A DNA stretch of 64,000 bases from an uncultured Gammaproteobacteria bacterium (lineage in GTDB: Bacteria; Patescibacteriota; Patescibacteriia; Magasanikbacterales; GWA2-37-8), in NCBI GenBank assembly GCA_964478235.1, contig CAYZGX010000003.1:5914-69913 (forward strand). Direction: 5' to 3'. Positions 52,573 through 63,254 of this stretch are shown in pieces. A program made the position numbers and the translations under genes. Each line of letters opens with the position of its first letter. Position 1 is the stretch's first letter. The notes below the pieces were generated by a model. That model saw nothing but the letters and a program-made list of their open reading frames with translations. It did no database searches and was not told where the DNA came from.

Positions 52573-54006
52573 CTAAGGGGTCTCGACAACGCGGGCGCGA
52601 GTTAAGAGCTCGGAGATGCTTGCCCAGGAGGTCACGCGAAGAGCGATAAGTGTGAGAGTGTAAACAAATGCTCCAAGGAGAATGGAAATCAAAAGGGGGA
52701 GTGGTTGAAGGGCGAAGAGTAGCCCGCCCATCACCACGCTCGCCAAAGTGACCTTGGTAAAGACACTCAATGAAAAACGGGTTTTGCTGTAGTACATAGT
52801 GAGGAGGGTGTGGCCAAGGCCAGCGTAACATTCTGAAAAAAGTGTCACCATAACCGCGCCCCACCAGCCAAAGCGTGGAATAAAGATAAGGTAGCCAACA
52901 ATACTCAAGACAGCATCAGAGGCATAAATCCATAAAGCTTCACGCTGGCGGTCGATCGCTAAAATAATATGACCAAAGACCATCCCAAAGCAAATACCGA
53001 CAATGCATAAACTAAGCCAACGAAGCATAGTGCCCGCTTCGGCAAAGGTAGCTCCAGCGGTAAAGCGCATAATTGGCTCGGCCAAGACAAAAATACCAGC
53101 GAGCATTGGGAATATAATTATGGTGAGGGCATTAAACCCTAATTCTGCTCGTTCTTTGAAGAGTTGCTTGTCACCACGCGCCCACGCAAAGGTGATAAGA
53201 GGCATAATCATCCCCATCACAATCGCAGCGATTTGTATGACGACGTCAATGACGCGATAAGCAGCGCCATAGAGGCCAACTTCAGTTTGTGAAACAAAGA
53301 GTGGAAGAATAACTCGGTCGCCTTGAAGATAAAAAGCATTAAAAATAATGGAGAGCGCTGTTGGCCACATTTTATGAAAAATCGCTTTGGAAATAGCGCG
53401 ATCAAACGAGAGAGATACCGCTGGCATTCGCGAAAAAAGAAAGATAGTAGCAATCGTGGAGGCTAGCGTGACAGCCCCCATCATTGCAAAAAAGCCCAGA
53501 CGCGTGTAGGCGGCGAGCGCGACGCCAAAGACAAGAAGTAAACGCGCTAGAACGTCGGCAAAAGTTGGAACACGCATTTGGAGGCGTTCGCGGTAATAGC
53601 CAAGACAAATTTGTTGCATGGTGAGGGCAAAAAACGAAGCGGCGAGAATTCCAACAGCCAACTTAATTTCAGCCGGATAGGGGAAGAGAAGAAAAACCAG
53701 TGGTGCTAGGCCTTGGATAACTACAGCAGTGATAAGCCGCCAGGTAAAAAGCGTATTGAGCAGTTTGGTGCGATCAAATTTTGTTTCGGCGAGCATGTTG
53801 GAAGTGGTCACTGTGAAGCCAAAATCGCTAATAATTCCAACAAACTGCAAAAAACCACTGGCAGTAATATACCAGCCAAATTGGGCCACACCGAGCGTAC
53901 GGGTCATGATAGCGATCGCCACAAAACCAAGCACGGTACTAATGCTTTTACCGATAATTTGAAGAATCGTGCTGTGCGCTAAGGCGCGATGGAGTGACAT
54001 AAACAA
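52573..54006 (-). CDS. MOP-superfamily flippase (Wzx / MurJ-like polysaccharide or lipid-II flippase)
   Basis: ~14 TM helices. 477 aa. N-terminal region matches the Polysacc_synt/MurJ pattern. Confidence 0.75.
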   Translation of the reverse strand: MFMSLHRALAHSTILQIIGKSISTVLGFVAIAIMTRTLGVAQFGWYITASGFLQFVGIISDFGFTVTTSNMLAETKFDRTKLLNTLFTWRLITAVVIQGLAPLVFLLFPYPAEIKLAVGILAASFFALTMQQICLGYYRERLQMRVPTFADVLARLLLVFGVALAAYTRLGFFAMMGAVTLASTIATIFLFSRMPAVSLSFDRAISKAIFHKMWPTALSIIFNAFYLQGDRVILPLFVSQTEVGLYGAAYRVIDVVIQIAAIVMGMIMPLITFAWARGDKQLFKERAELGFNALTIIIFPMLAGIFVLAEPIMRFTAGATFAEAGTMLRWLSLCIVGICFGMVFGHIILAIDRQREALWIYASDAVLSIVGYLIFIPRFGWWGAVMVTLFSECYAGLGHTLLTMYYSKTRFSLSVFTKVTLASVVMGGLLFALQPLPLLISILLGAFVYTLTLIALRVTSWASISELLTRARVVETP

Positions 54007-54035
54007 ACATTTTACTCTCGGCCAGAGGAGAAGCG

Positions 54036-54602
54036 CTAGCGGGTATTTTGATATTTTCTATCTTCTACAGACAGGTCAAGAATGGCTTGGCGCAACATCT
54101 CTGGGCGGGCAATATGAGGGAAAGTGAATCGTTCCACAGCGCTGGCCGTCTGAATTCGTAAAGTGCCGTAGTGAAAAAACGACGGAAAAAATCCATGAAC
54201 ATCAGAGGTGACATCTTGAACATTGCACAGGTCGAGTTCTGATATGGTACGAGCAAATAATCCCTGCTGATCAATTTTGAGCAAGCGATCGTTGGTTACA
54301 ATCAGAAGATCGAGATAAAACGTCACGAAATAGGTGTAGAGAAATAGTCCGATAGATAGATAGTAGGCGCTGGTGAGGACAACTACTAGCGGAAAGGTAT
54401 ACGATCCAGTTAAAAAATCTGGAGAAGCTGCTTGAAGCAGAAAACGTACACCTAAAGGAGCAAGAGCTAAAAGTATAAACATAAGAAGCGCAGGCACAAG
54501 AGTAATCGGGTGTCGGCGTACCTGGTATTCAATCTTTTCGTATGATTTTTGGTGGATAAAAGCCGAAAGATGCATACGTTTAGAAGTTAGTTTGTTCACC
54601 AA
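54036..54602 (-). CDS. Bacterial PH-domain (bPH_2 / YdbS-like) membrane protein
   Basis: Two TM helices followed by a PH-like domain, the DUF304 pattern. 188 aa. Confidence 0.45.
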   Translation of the reverse strand: MVNKLTSKRMHLSAFIHQKSYEKIEYQVRRHPITLVPALLMFILLALAPLGVRFLLQAASPDFLTGSYTFPLVVVLTSAYYLSIGLFLYTYFVTFYLDLLIVTNDRLLKIDQQGLFARTISELDLCNVQDVTSDVHGFFPSFFHYGTLRIQTASAVERFTFPHIARPEMLRQAILDLSVEDRKYQNTR

Positions 54603-54897
54603 GACCAGTAAAAAGGGAGATCCAATCGTTATTCCAAATAGTCACCGGCTGAGTCCAGTCAATACCAGCTAATTGACTCAAGGTGAGACCAATAACAATG
54701 ACAGTATAAGCTCCAAACAAAAATGTTGCTGTAAAGCTGGCAGCGGTGAGGGTGCCGGTTTTAATAAGATGACCAACATTAACCAAAGCAAAAATCAAAG
54801 CGGTCAGCAAAAAAACACCGAAAACAATAAGGAGAACGTATAAAGGAATAATGATCATAGGTGAGAGTAGTGTAGCAGAAACAGCAGGATTTCGCAA
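54580..54897 (-). CDS. Hypothetical small membrane protein
   Basis: Three predicted TM helices. No motif. Confidence 0.35.
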   Translation of the reverse strand: MRNPAVSATLLSPMIIIPLYVLLIVFGVFLLTALIFALVNVGHLIKTGTLTAASFTATFLFGAYTVIVIGLTLSQLAGIDWTQPVTIWNNDWISLFTGLGEQTNF

Positions 54898-54919
54898 AAT
54901 TGCCTAGGAGGAAAGAGAG

Positions 54920-55483
54920 GTGCTACACTGTCTATCTATGACTGTCGAAACACTAATCGACCACACCGTTAAACGTTCCACCAAAAGTCGCCGGATGAGC
55001 ATCAGTGTTCGTCCAAACGGCGAGGTGGTTTTGTCATTGCCGCACTTTGTTCCGCTCCACGTTGGTCGTTCATTTTTGCACAGTCGACTCGCTTGGGTGC
55101 GCCGAGCAATTGAGCGCGCCGGTCGTCGGCCCAAGGCCTTTGCCCCGCTCACCAAAGCAGAGTATAGCCGTCTTCGAAAAACCGCTCTTACGTTAGTTCA
55201 AAAACAGCTTGAGTTGAGTAACCAGCAGTATGGGTTTAGCTATCGTCGAGTCAGCATCCGCAATCAGTCAACTCGTTGGGGGAGTTGTTCAACTCAGAAA
55301 ACCTTAAGTTTTAATGTCCGCTTGGCTCTGATAGATCCACGATTGGTTGAATATGTAGTTGTGCACGAGCTCTGTCATCTCAAGCAGATGAATCACAGTA
55401 TCGCCTTTTGGGACCTGGTCAAAAAAACTATCCCAGATTTTAAAGCTCGCCGACGAGCTTTAAAAGCCCTACATTTGGGCTAA
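54920..55483 (+). CDS. YgjP/DUF45-family metal-dependent hydrolase (SprT-like HExxH)
   Basis: C-terminal VVVHELCHLKQMNHS motif. ~180 aa, typical of the family. Confidence 0.75.
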   Translation: MLHCLSMTVETLIDHTVKRSTKSRRMSISVRPNGEVVLSLPHFVPLHVGRSFLHSRLAWVRRAIERAGRRPKAFAPLTKAEYSRLRKTALTLVQKQLELSNQQYGFSYRRVSIRNQSTRWGSCSTQKTLSFNVRLALIDPRLVEYVVVHELCHLKQMNHSIAFWDLVKKTIPDFKARRRALKALHLG

Positions 55484-55657
55484 ACAACAACGCCAACCGG
55501 GATGTAAGCGGTTGGCGTTTGGCTTTTGAATCCAAGCAGATTGTAACGATCTACTAGATACGGTAGTTAGTATACGCAACTGAGTTGCGTTTGTCAAGAA
55601 GCTGCGTGTGGATATAAAAACGGTCACCTATTTGGCGACCGTTTACTATTTGGAAAG

Positions 55658-56245
55658 TTATTTTGTATGGATAAGTTGGGCGATATATTTGGCAAGCATG
55701 TCAAATTCAACCGTCACAGCATCGCCAGCCTTTTTGTGACCCCACGTGGTATTTTCAAGTGTGAAAGGGAGTAGTTTTACCTGAAATGTTTTACCAGAGA
55801 CTTTGGTAATGGTGAGGCTAATACCATCGAGCGCCACTGAACCTTTTTCAGCTATAAAACGGACTTGAGAAGCTTTGGGAAGGGCAATGGTGAAGACTGT
55901 AGAGTTGCCTTCATTCTTGATAGAGCGAATTATTCCAGCAGTGTCGGCGTGACCTTGCACCATATGTCCGCTTAAGCGATCGCCGAGGCGAAGTGATTGT
56001 TCTAAATTCACTAAATCACCAGTTTTTACCTGGCCAATCGCGCTTCGGGCGAGCGATTCAGGCATGTACTCAAAGACTAATCGACTGGTGCCAGACACGA
56101 CGGTGGAGCATACACCACTTAGAGCAATACTTTCTCCTTGATACGTTTTCCAACCACGCGGACGAGCCAGTACGAGCGTCATCCCAGAAGGTTTTTTTTC
56201 AACGGACAGCACGCGCCCAACAGCAGTAATAATTCCAGTGAACAT
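55658..56245 (-). CDS. ribE: Riboflavin synthase alpha chain
   Basis: MFTGIITAVGRV...GESIALSGVCSTVV is the lumazine-binding repeat signature. 195 aa. Confidence 0.9.
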   Translation of the reverse strand: MFTGIITAVGRVLSVEKKPSGMTLVLARPRGWKTYQGESIALSGVCSTVVSGTSRLVFEYMPESLARSAIGQVKTGDLVNLEQSLRLGDRLSGHMVQGHADTAGIIRSIKNEGNSTVFTIALPKASQVRFIAEKGSVALDGISLTITKVSGKTFQVKLLPFTLENTTWGHKKAGDAVTVEFDMLAKYIAQLIHTK

Positions 56246-56248
56246 AGT

Positions 56249-56716
56249 TTAGAGAACGAAATCTTTTCGGAGTCGGCGAAGGGTGTATATGCCAAAAGTG
56301 AAAAGGGTAAATGAGGTGAGCGCTGAGAGAAGACAAAATTGACACCAAGCTTCAAGGATTTGCCATTGAACAATAATAAAATAGAGAGAAGCTAAGAGGC
56401 CAATAGTGGTCGCCCGAGCGGTGAGAACCAGAATATCTCGTCGTTTGGTATCGAGATAAGCAGTGACACCAATAATAATAGCTAAATAATAGAGAGCGCC
56501 AAGAAAGGCGACGGGCACAGGGCCAACGGCCGAAAATGAGCTGGTAAGCACTGTGTCACAACCCTTAACAAGACTACAAGGGGGGATAGTCCCTCGAATA
56601 TGACTCAAGGTAAGGTATGCCGAATCAAGGAGTCCGATAAGAGCGACCACTAAGAAGCCGGCGATGAGTAGTTTACTCACCAAGCGCGGATTTGATAGCG
56701 AGTTCGAGGTCTCCAT
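56249..56716 (-). CDS. Vitamin K epoxide reductase (VKOR) family protein
   Basis: Loop Cys pair (PPCSLVKGC) and TM4 CxxC (WCQFC). 4-5 TM helices. Confidence 0.8.
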   Translation of the reverse strand: METSNSLSNPRLVSKLLIAGFLVVALIGLLDSAYLTLSHIRGTIPPCSLVKGCDTVLTSSFSAVGPVPVAFLGALYYLAIIIGVTAYLDTKRRDILVLTARATTIGLLASLYFIIVQWQILEAWCQFCLLSALTSFTLFTFGIYTLRRLRKDFVL

Positions 56717-57311
56717 AGGAAGACAAGTTAGTGAGTTTGGAACCGTTCAAATAAAAAGTTGGGGTAGCATCGACATTGGCGCGGTTACCGCTCGCAATAT
56801 CATCATTTACCGATTTTTTATTTTCAAAACTATCAAGATCTTTTTTGAATTGATCAATATTCAAGCCAAGAGTGGTGGCGTATTGAGTAAAAATAACCAT
56901 CGGATCACGACTGCCGCTCCAGGTAGCTTGGCCTTCGAAAAGTAGATCATGCATTTCCCAAAATTTGCTTTGTTTGCCAGCTGCTTCGGCTACTCGAGAA
57001 GCAAGGTCAGCATGCTCGTGTTGAGGAAGAGGGAAGTGGCGGAAAACAATCGTTAAGCGGTTGCCGTAGGTTTTTTTAATTTCTTTAAGGAGAATATGAT
57101 AACTGGCACAGGCTGGACATTGAAAATCAGCATACTCAACCAAAGTATTTTTTGCCATGAGATTACCGGTGGCCCAATCGCTAGCTGAAACTGGATCAAT
57201 AAGAGTGCCAGCAGATGACTGGCCGGCTGGTTTGGAGCTTAAAACGGCCAGACCCCAAATCATCGCTATGAGTCCTAGGCCCAAACCTCCCCAAATAAGT
57301 AATCGCTTCAT
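56673..57311 (-). CDS. DsbA-like thioredoxin-fold thiol:disulfide oxidoreductase
   Basis: N-terminal TM anchor. CxxC active site FQCPACASYH. Confidence 0.8.
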   Translation of the reverse strand: MKRLLIWGGLGLGLIAMIWGLAVLSSKPAGQSSAGTLIDPVSASDWATGNLMAKNTLVEYADFQCPACASYHILLKEIKKTYGNRLTIVFRHFPLPQHEHADLASRVAEAAGKQSKFWEMHDLLFEGQATWSGSRDPMVIFTQYATTLGLNIDQFKKDLDSFENKKSVNDDIASGNRANVDATPTFYLNGSKLTNLSSYGDLELAIKSALGE

Positions 57312-57322
57312 AGAGGTTGGTG

Positions 57323-57937
57323 TTATTGAGCGAGGGCCTGATCAACAGCTTGTTTGAAAACACTGTATGGTTGAGCGCCGCTCACCAAAACACCGTTCAC
57401 AAAAGTGGCTGGTGTGCCTTGTACCCCCAAAGCTACGCCAGCTTGGTAGTCGGTAGTTACTTTGGCAGCGTATTTACCACTATCAAGACAAGAATCGTAG
57501 GCGCTGGTGTTGAGTTTAAGTTCGCGACCCCACTGTTTGAGGGCTTCGAGGCTAAGAGTATCTTGGTGAGCAAAGGCGTAGTCATGAAATTCCCAAAACT
57601 TACCTTGTTCAGCAGCACACTCTGAAGCTTCAGCAGCTTTTTGAGCAAAAGGATGGAAGCTGAGAGGGAAATGTTTATACTCTAGACTAACTTTGTCGCC
57701 ATAGTCAGCCAGAATTTGTTTGATAGCTGGAAGAGCTCGCTCACAAAACGGACATTGGAAATCGGAATATTCAACCAAAGCAACTTTAGCATTTTTGTTG
57801 CCAAGGATGTGGCGTTCTTCGGTGGTGATACCAATAGATCGAACAACCATCACCAAACCAGCGATCAAAGCACCAGCGATGATCGGCGCGAGAAACCCAC
57901 CAAGAAGAAGTTGTTTAGTGGAATAGTTTTGCATCAT
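57323..57937 (-). CDS. DsbA-like thioredoxin-fold thiol:disulfide oxidoreductase (second copy)
   Basis: TM anchor. CxxC FQCPFCERALP. ORF opens at 58138 but that would overlap recA. MMQNY start ~57937 is more likely. Confidence 0.7.
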   Translation of the reverse strand: MMQNYSTKQLLLGGFLAPIIAGALIAGLVMVVRSIGITTEERHILGNKNAKVALVEYSDFQCPFCERALPAIKQILADYGDKVSLEYKHFPLSFHPFAQKAAEASECAAEQGKFWEFHDYAFAHQDTLSLEALKQWGRELKLNTSAYDSCLDSGKYAAKVTTDYQAGVALGVQGTPATFVNGVLVSGAQPYSVFKQAVDQALAQ

Positions 57938-58061
57938 ACAAACGTATACTAGAAATAGATAAATAAAATACTGTCTTTTCAGTATAACATATCGTGTCGA
58001 GAGGGCAAGGGGAGGGGTTAAAAAAACACCTCCGGTTGAGCCAGAGGTGTTTTTGGATAGA

Positions 58062-59147
58062 TTATTCAAGTGGTGGTGGAAGTTCTTCGTCAGTTGGAGC
58101 GCCAGCGTCTGGAGCCTCTTCTTCTGGTGGAAGCTCACCTTTTTCTACCGCTTCGAGCACTTGTTTGCGGATGCGCTCTAGAAGTTTTGGATTTTCACGG
58201 AGGAATTTTTTCGCTGCTTCGCGACCAACACCAAGTTTTTCTTCGCCGTAGATATAAGAGTTGCCTTTTTTATCAATCACACGAAGATTGGTTGCGGTGT
58301 CGAGCACATCACCCGAGACAGAGATACCTTCGTTGTACATGATATCAAATTCACAGGTGCGGAATGGGGCGGCGACTTTATTTTTAACAATTTTAACCTT
58401 GACGCGGTTGCCGATAATTTTATCACCTTGTTTAATCTGAGCGGCGCGACGAATTTCGATGCGCACGGAGGAGTAAAATTTAAGAGCGACACCACCAGTG
58501 GTTGTTTCTGGGTTGCCAAACACAATACCGATCTTCATACGAGTCTGGTTGATGAAGAGGACAATCGTTTTGGATTTACTGACAATGCCGGTGAGCTTGC
58601 GGAGGGCTTGGCTCATTAGGCGAGCTTGAAGACCCATGTGGGAATCGCCCATTTCGCCTTCAATTTCGGCTTTTGGCACGAGAGCGGCGACCGAGTCGAT
58701 AACTACAATATCAACAGCGTTGGAGCGCACGAGCGTTTCCACGATTTCAAGCGCTTGTTCGCCAGTGTCTGGCTGAGAGATCAGTAATTCATCAACATGA
58801 ACCCCGATTTTACGAGCGTAATCCGGGTCGAGCGCATGTTCAGCGTCGACATAGGCAGCAATACCGCCTAATTTCTGGACTTCAGCGACGATGTGTTGAG
58901 CTAGAGTGGTTTTACCACTAGCTTCCGGGCCGTACACTTCAATCACGCGACCACGCGGCACACCCCTAACGCCAAGTGCGATGTCGAGCGATAAACTTCC
59001 GGTGGAAACAGTATCCACTTCCATGGCTTTGGCTTCCCCAAACTTCATGATAGCGCCGTCCCCAAAACGACTTTTGATCTGATCGATGGCACTTTCCGCG
59101 GCCTTCAAGCGGTGTCGAACCTCCTCATTCGTCTGTGTCTTAGCCAT
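58062..59147 (-). CDS. recA: Recombinase A
   Basis: Walker [13 protein letters not shown]1/L2 loops, acidic C-terminal tail. ~360 aa. Confidence 0.97.
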   Translation of the reverse strand: MAKTQTNEEVRHRLKAAESAIDQIKSRFGDGAIMKFGEAKAMEVDTVSTGSLSLDIALGVRGVPRGRVIEVYGPEASGKTTLAQHIVAEVQKLGGIAAYVDAEHALDPDYARKIGVHVDELLISQPDTGEQALEIVETLVRSNAVDIVVIDSVAALVPKAEIEGEMGDSHMGLQARLMSQALRKLTGIVSKSKTIVLFINQTRMKIGIVFGNPETTTGGVALKFYSSVRIEIRRAAQIKQGDKIIGNRVKVKIVKNKVAAPFRTCEFDIMYNEGISVSGDVLDTATNLRVIDKKGNSYIYGEEKLGVGREAAKKFLRENPKLLERIRKQVLEAVEKGELPPEEEAPDAGAPTDEELPPPLE

Positions 59148-59225
59148 ACCCAAGATGTTACTCTGAATAAAAATAATGAATAAACAGTATGCTACACCAC
59201 CCTAGATAAAGAAAAAATAAAGTCA

Positions 59226-59930
59226 CTACTGAATTGGCATTTTTTCTCCATTCACCGCTGTGGCATTTTGTTTAACCACTATGTGGCGGGTAATCGCCGT
59301 GGTTTTTCCGTGCTTCTTCGTTGCTAAGATAGTAATCGTATTAAGCCCAGTCGTCAAATCAACTTTGGTTTCAAAGTGGCCTTGCTCGTTAACCATAATA
59401 TCTTGTCCATTGACGGTGAGGCGGGTTTCTTTTTCTGTTTCGCCTTGGAGAGTGACAGCTGGTTGGTTATACACCAAACCTTCTTCAGGGGCATAGACCG
59501 CCAGAAATGGTGGCTCAACAATACCTTTGACTTGCCACATCAGATAGACCACAAACAAACTCGTCAAAGCAATCGCTGCTGAATTGCGAACAAAAATAGA
59601 GATAGAAGCAAAAGGGAAGAGGCGGACACCACGTGAAGGGTGTTTGGTGTAGACGCCATCAAGGCCGTCTTCGCAAGTGAGCTGAGCTAAACAGGCTTCT
59701 GGAGACAGGCCGACTGCTAAGGCAAACTCTTTGATGTAGGCCAGGCGATGCGCTTTGGCTTTGGGAAGGGCTTGAAAATCGCCGGCTTCAATCGCTGTGA
59801 CATATTTGAGAGGAAGACGAGTTTCGGCAGCGATGTCATTTAAAGATTTCTGCTTTTTTTCTCGAGCAACACGAAACTGTGTGCCGAGACACACTGTCGG
59901 GTCAATCTTTTTGTAGCAGAAAACAGTCAT
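59226..59930 (-). CDS. RodZ-like cytoskeletal protein (XRE-type HTH + TM + C-terminal domain)
   Basis: HTH SLNDIAAETRLPLKYVTAIEAGDFQALP, then a TM helix, then a beta-rich C-domain. ORF opens at 60017. Confidence 0.65.
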   Translation of the reverse strand: MTVFCYKKIDPTVCLGTQFRVAREKKQKSLNDIAAETRLPLKYVTAIEAGDFQALPKAKAHRLAYIKEFALAVGLSPEACLAQLTCEDGLDGVYTKHPSRGVRLFPFASISIFVRNSAAIALTSLFVVYLMWQVKGIVEPPFLAVYAPEEGLVYNQPAVTLQGETEKETRLTVNGQDIMVNEQGHFETKVDLTTGLNTITILATKKHGKTTAITRHIVVKQNATAVNGEKMPIQ

Positions 59931-59949
59931 AGGTTGCGACAAGCAATTG

Positions 59950-62298
59950 TTAGCGGGCGATTTCTTCAGGTTCTTCCTCTTCATCTTCGGACTCTTCTTC
60001 GTCTTCAGCTGGCTCATCTTCTTCAGTTTCTTCTACCACTTTTTCTTTTGAAGGTGGGTTTAAAATAGTGCCGCCAGCGTCCATAGTCTGTTCATCGTCA
60101 GATAATTCTTGCTCAACTGGACGTAGATGTTCGGTAAAAATTTCACGTGGTTTAGCACCATCAGCTGGGCCTACTATACCAGCTTCTTCGAGCTCGTCAA
60201 GCAAGCGAGCAGCGCGAGCATAGCCCACTTTCATACGACGCTGGAGCAAAGAGGCTGAAGCTTTGCCAGATTCAATGACCACTCGTTTAGCTTCTTCAAA
60301 CATTGGGTCTTGATCGTCGTTGGTGGCAAACATATTAAGGCTACCTTGGGTACCACCACCTTTAGAAACAACAGCATCATCGTATTGAGGAGGTTCATCG
60401 CCCTTTAAGAAGTTGATAACCTCTTTCATTTCTTCTTCGGATACATAGGCGCCTTGGAAACGTTTTGGTTTAGAGAGTTCAGAGGTGAGATATAACATAT
60501 CACCACGACCCAGTAATTTTTCAGCACCAGGACCATCAAGAATAGTGCGTGAATCAATCACTGAAGCCACTGAGAAGGCGATACGGCCTGGGATATTAGC
60601 TTTCATGAGACCGGTGATAACCTCGACGCTTGGGCGTTGTGTGGCGACGATAAGGTGGATACCAACAGCGCGCGACATTTGAGCCAGGCGAATAATACCA
60701 GCTTCTACTTCGGAAGCGGCAGTAGCCATGAGGTCAGCCAACTCATCGATGATAAAGACGATGTACGGAAGTTTGTCAGTCGCTGTTTTGTTGTACGATC
60801 CAATATCACGCTTGCCGGCAGCGGCCAAGACATCAAAACGACGTTCCATTTCGGTGATTGTCCATTTGAGAGCGTTCACTGTTTTGGCTGAGTCGGTGAT
60901 AACTGGGGTGAGCAGGTGAGGAATGCCGTTGTAGAGGGTGAGCTCAACACGTTTTGGATCAACCATGATAAAGCGCAATGTTTCTGGGGTGTTTTGGTAG
61001 AGCAAACTCAAAATAATCGTGTTCATACACACGGTTTTACCAGAACCAGTGGTGCCGGCGACGAGAAGGTGAGGCATTTTTGGCAAGTCACCCATGTAGA
61101 CATTGCCAGCAACATCTTTACCAATCGCAATCTGCATATTATGATCGCGATTTTTAAATTGCGTACTTTCGAGTAGTTCGCGCAAACTGACCATGGCTAC
61201 TTTTTGGTTTGGTACTTCAATACCAACCAGTGACTGACCAGGGATTGGAGCTTCAATACGGATAGGATGAGCGGCCAAAGCCAAAGCAATATCGTTACTA
61301 AGCGCAGTAATGCGGGTGAGTTTCACACCCTTAGATGGTTTGAGAGAATATTGAGTGACTGTTGGGCCAACACGTACTTCGCCCATATCAACTTCAATAC
61401 CGAAATTCTGCAAGGTGTCGCGGATAACCTCGGCGATGCTTTGAATATCGCCACTTGTTGGCTTACTTTTGTTTTGAACAAGTAAATCAGTAGTCGGTAG
61501 CTCAAAATTAGAAAAATCTGGTTTGGAAACAGCCATTTTTTCTTCTTCAACTTCGGGCGCTTCTTCAGTTTCTTCTTTTTGAACTTCTTGTTTTTTTACA
61601 ACAGTGCGATGCTGAAACACCGGAGCGTCATCTTCCTCTTCTTCAACTTCTGGTTCTTCTTCGTCGTCAGCTTCTTCGCTTTCGGTGCGAGAAGATTGAT
61701 ACTCGCCTTTGATGGTGACGTTGCCAGAAGATTTTTTCTTGAAAATACTAGCGACAAACGACCCAATACCAGCAAAAAGCTGTTTGTTGAGGTTGACGAT
61801 GCGCGATAGGGAAGTGTTGAACAAGAAAATGATCGAAACAAGGAGTAAACCAATGAGTACAATGAGACTACCCCAGTAACCGGCATACAGAGCTCCAGGA
61901 TAACTAAGAGCTAGACCAGCCAAACCACCACCGTAGCCTTGCATCGCCAAGGTATACATCTCAGCAACAGGTTTTTGGAGGTGGATTAAACCGTTGAAAC
62001 TCAGAAAAAAAAGCAGTGCGCCGATAATGTGTGTCGGGCGATATTCATACTCCAAGTCTTTGATAATCGTCACCGCTATCATTAGGATAATAAACGGGAA
62101 AACATAGCGAACTTGGCCAAAAGTGAGGGCAAGAAGCGAATCAATGAACTGCCCTACCACCCCAGCCATAGAAAAAAAACTAAGGATGGATAAAGCGCCG
62201 ATTATGAATAATAAAATCGAGATGAGCCCTCGACTTATTTCCGGGTTGAGATTGATTCTCTCTGAGAGAGATGGTTGAGATAATCGTTTTCGAGACAT
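59950..62298 (-). CDS. ftsK: DNA translocase FtsK/SpoIIIE
   Basis: N-terminal 4-TM domain. Acidic linker. Motor domain with Walker A GTTGSGKTV. C-terminal gamma-like domain. ORF opens at 62415. Likely start is MSRKRL at 62298. Confidence 0.95.
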   Translation of the reverse strand: MSRKRLSQPSLSERINLNPEISRGLISILLFIIGALSILSFFSMAGVVGQFIDSLLALTFGQVRYVFPFIILMIAVTIIKDLEYEYRPTHIIGALLFFLSFNGLIHLQKPVAEMYTLAMQGYGGGLAGLALSYPGALYAGYWGSLIVLIGLLLVSIIFLFNTSLSRIVNLNKQLFAGIGSFVASIFKKKSSGNVTIKGEYQSSRTESEEADDEEEPEVEEEEDDAPVFQHRTVVKKQEVQKEETEEAPEVEEEKMAVSKPDFSNFELPTTDLLVQNKSKPTSGDIQSIAEVIRDTLQNFGIEVDMGEVRVGPTVTQYSLKPSKGVKLTRITALSNDIALALAAHPIRIEAPIPGQSLVGIEVPNQKVAMVSLRELLESTQFKNRDHNMQIAIGKDVAGNVYMGDLPKMPHLLVAGTTGSGKTVCMNTIILSLLYQNTPETLRFIMVDPKRVELTLYNGIPHLLTPVITDSAKTVNALKWTITEMERRFDVLAAAGKRDIGSYNKTATDKLPYIVFIIDELADLMATAASEVEAGIIRLAQMSRAVGIHLIVATQRPSVEVITGLMKANIPGRIAFSVASVIDSRTILDGPGAEKLLGRGDMLYLTSELSKPKRFQGAYVSEEEMKEVINFLKGDEPPQYDDAVVSKGGGTQGSLNMFATNDDQDPMFEEAKRVVIESGKASASLLQRRMKVGYARAARLLDELEEAGIVGPADGAKPREIFTEHLRPVEQELSDDEQTMDAGGTILNPPSKEKVVEETEEDEPAEDEEESEDEEEEPEEIAR

Positions 62299-63254
62299 AG
62301 TACCGATTAGTATAGCATGTTTATGGGAAAAATAAAAAATCCGCCTGGCTGGCGGAGGTATTTTTTTCTTCCACTCCACTGCGAGTAGAACTGTAGGTAC
62401 CAAATGACGCACCAAATCTAGAAAACGCTACCCCATTAACGCATGAAACATGGTTAGGGGTAAGAGAGAGATTGTTTTTTAGAATCTGATCCGGTTGGAA
62501 CATCAGTGCTATCGCAGTGGAGTAGAAAAAAAGTAAAGAACATTTTTTTGATGTACTCATTTTAATTTTAGTGCAGGATAGTGTCAAGCGCACTTTCGGT
62601 GCATAAGTTTTTATTGCAACTCATTTGCGTATAAAAGCAAGGTGTTGTTTACAATAAAAAATAAATACACGGTGATATTTTTTTTTATGATCACCAAAGT
62701 AGTAGAGGTCTAAGTGGCCGGTGGTGTCGTGGTTTGTGGTTGAGCTGGCTTGTAGCAGAAGAGGGGGGGGGTGCCTACCCAGTTGAGCAGGAGCAGGTAG
62801 GGTCTAAAAGGAAAAAGGTGTGGTTGAAGCTGTGGATAGAAAAACAGGCAAAGAGGCTATAAAAATACTTTTTGGCTAAGATAAGCAATTTATAGAGCAT
62901 TGCTTGACATTTTTTGTACACAGTCCTTTATTTGACAAAAAGCCTAATTTTAAGTAAAATCCAACTACTTTCAATCTAACAGCAGTCAGCATTCGCTCAT
63001 TTTGGCTTATATTAGCTAAAAGAGGCGATAGCATCTCGCGTTGTTTTACACCAACGCAAGGTAACCAATCCTTACCATGTCAAAATTGCTGTCAATTACG
63101 CTCTTTTTCGCTCAGAATAGAGCTAAATAACAAAAAGTCTTCCCACGAAGATGTTTTTTTGTTGTCAGCAGGTCATTTTTAAGGGGTTTGACCAGTAACG
63201 AGGAAGCCAGATTGAAGTCCTTTTTAAAAAATTTAAGCATTTTGTAACCGCCCT

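Noticed and set aside
62321-62593. 90-aa ORF upstream of ftsK on the minus strand
   Set aside because: It has no RBS or start context and a low-complexity sequence. It lies across the hairpin and T-run at 62341-62370, which looks like a terminator.
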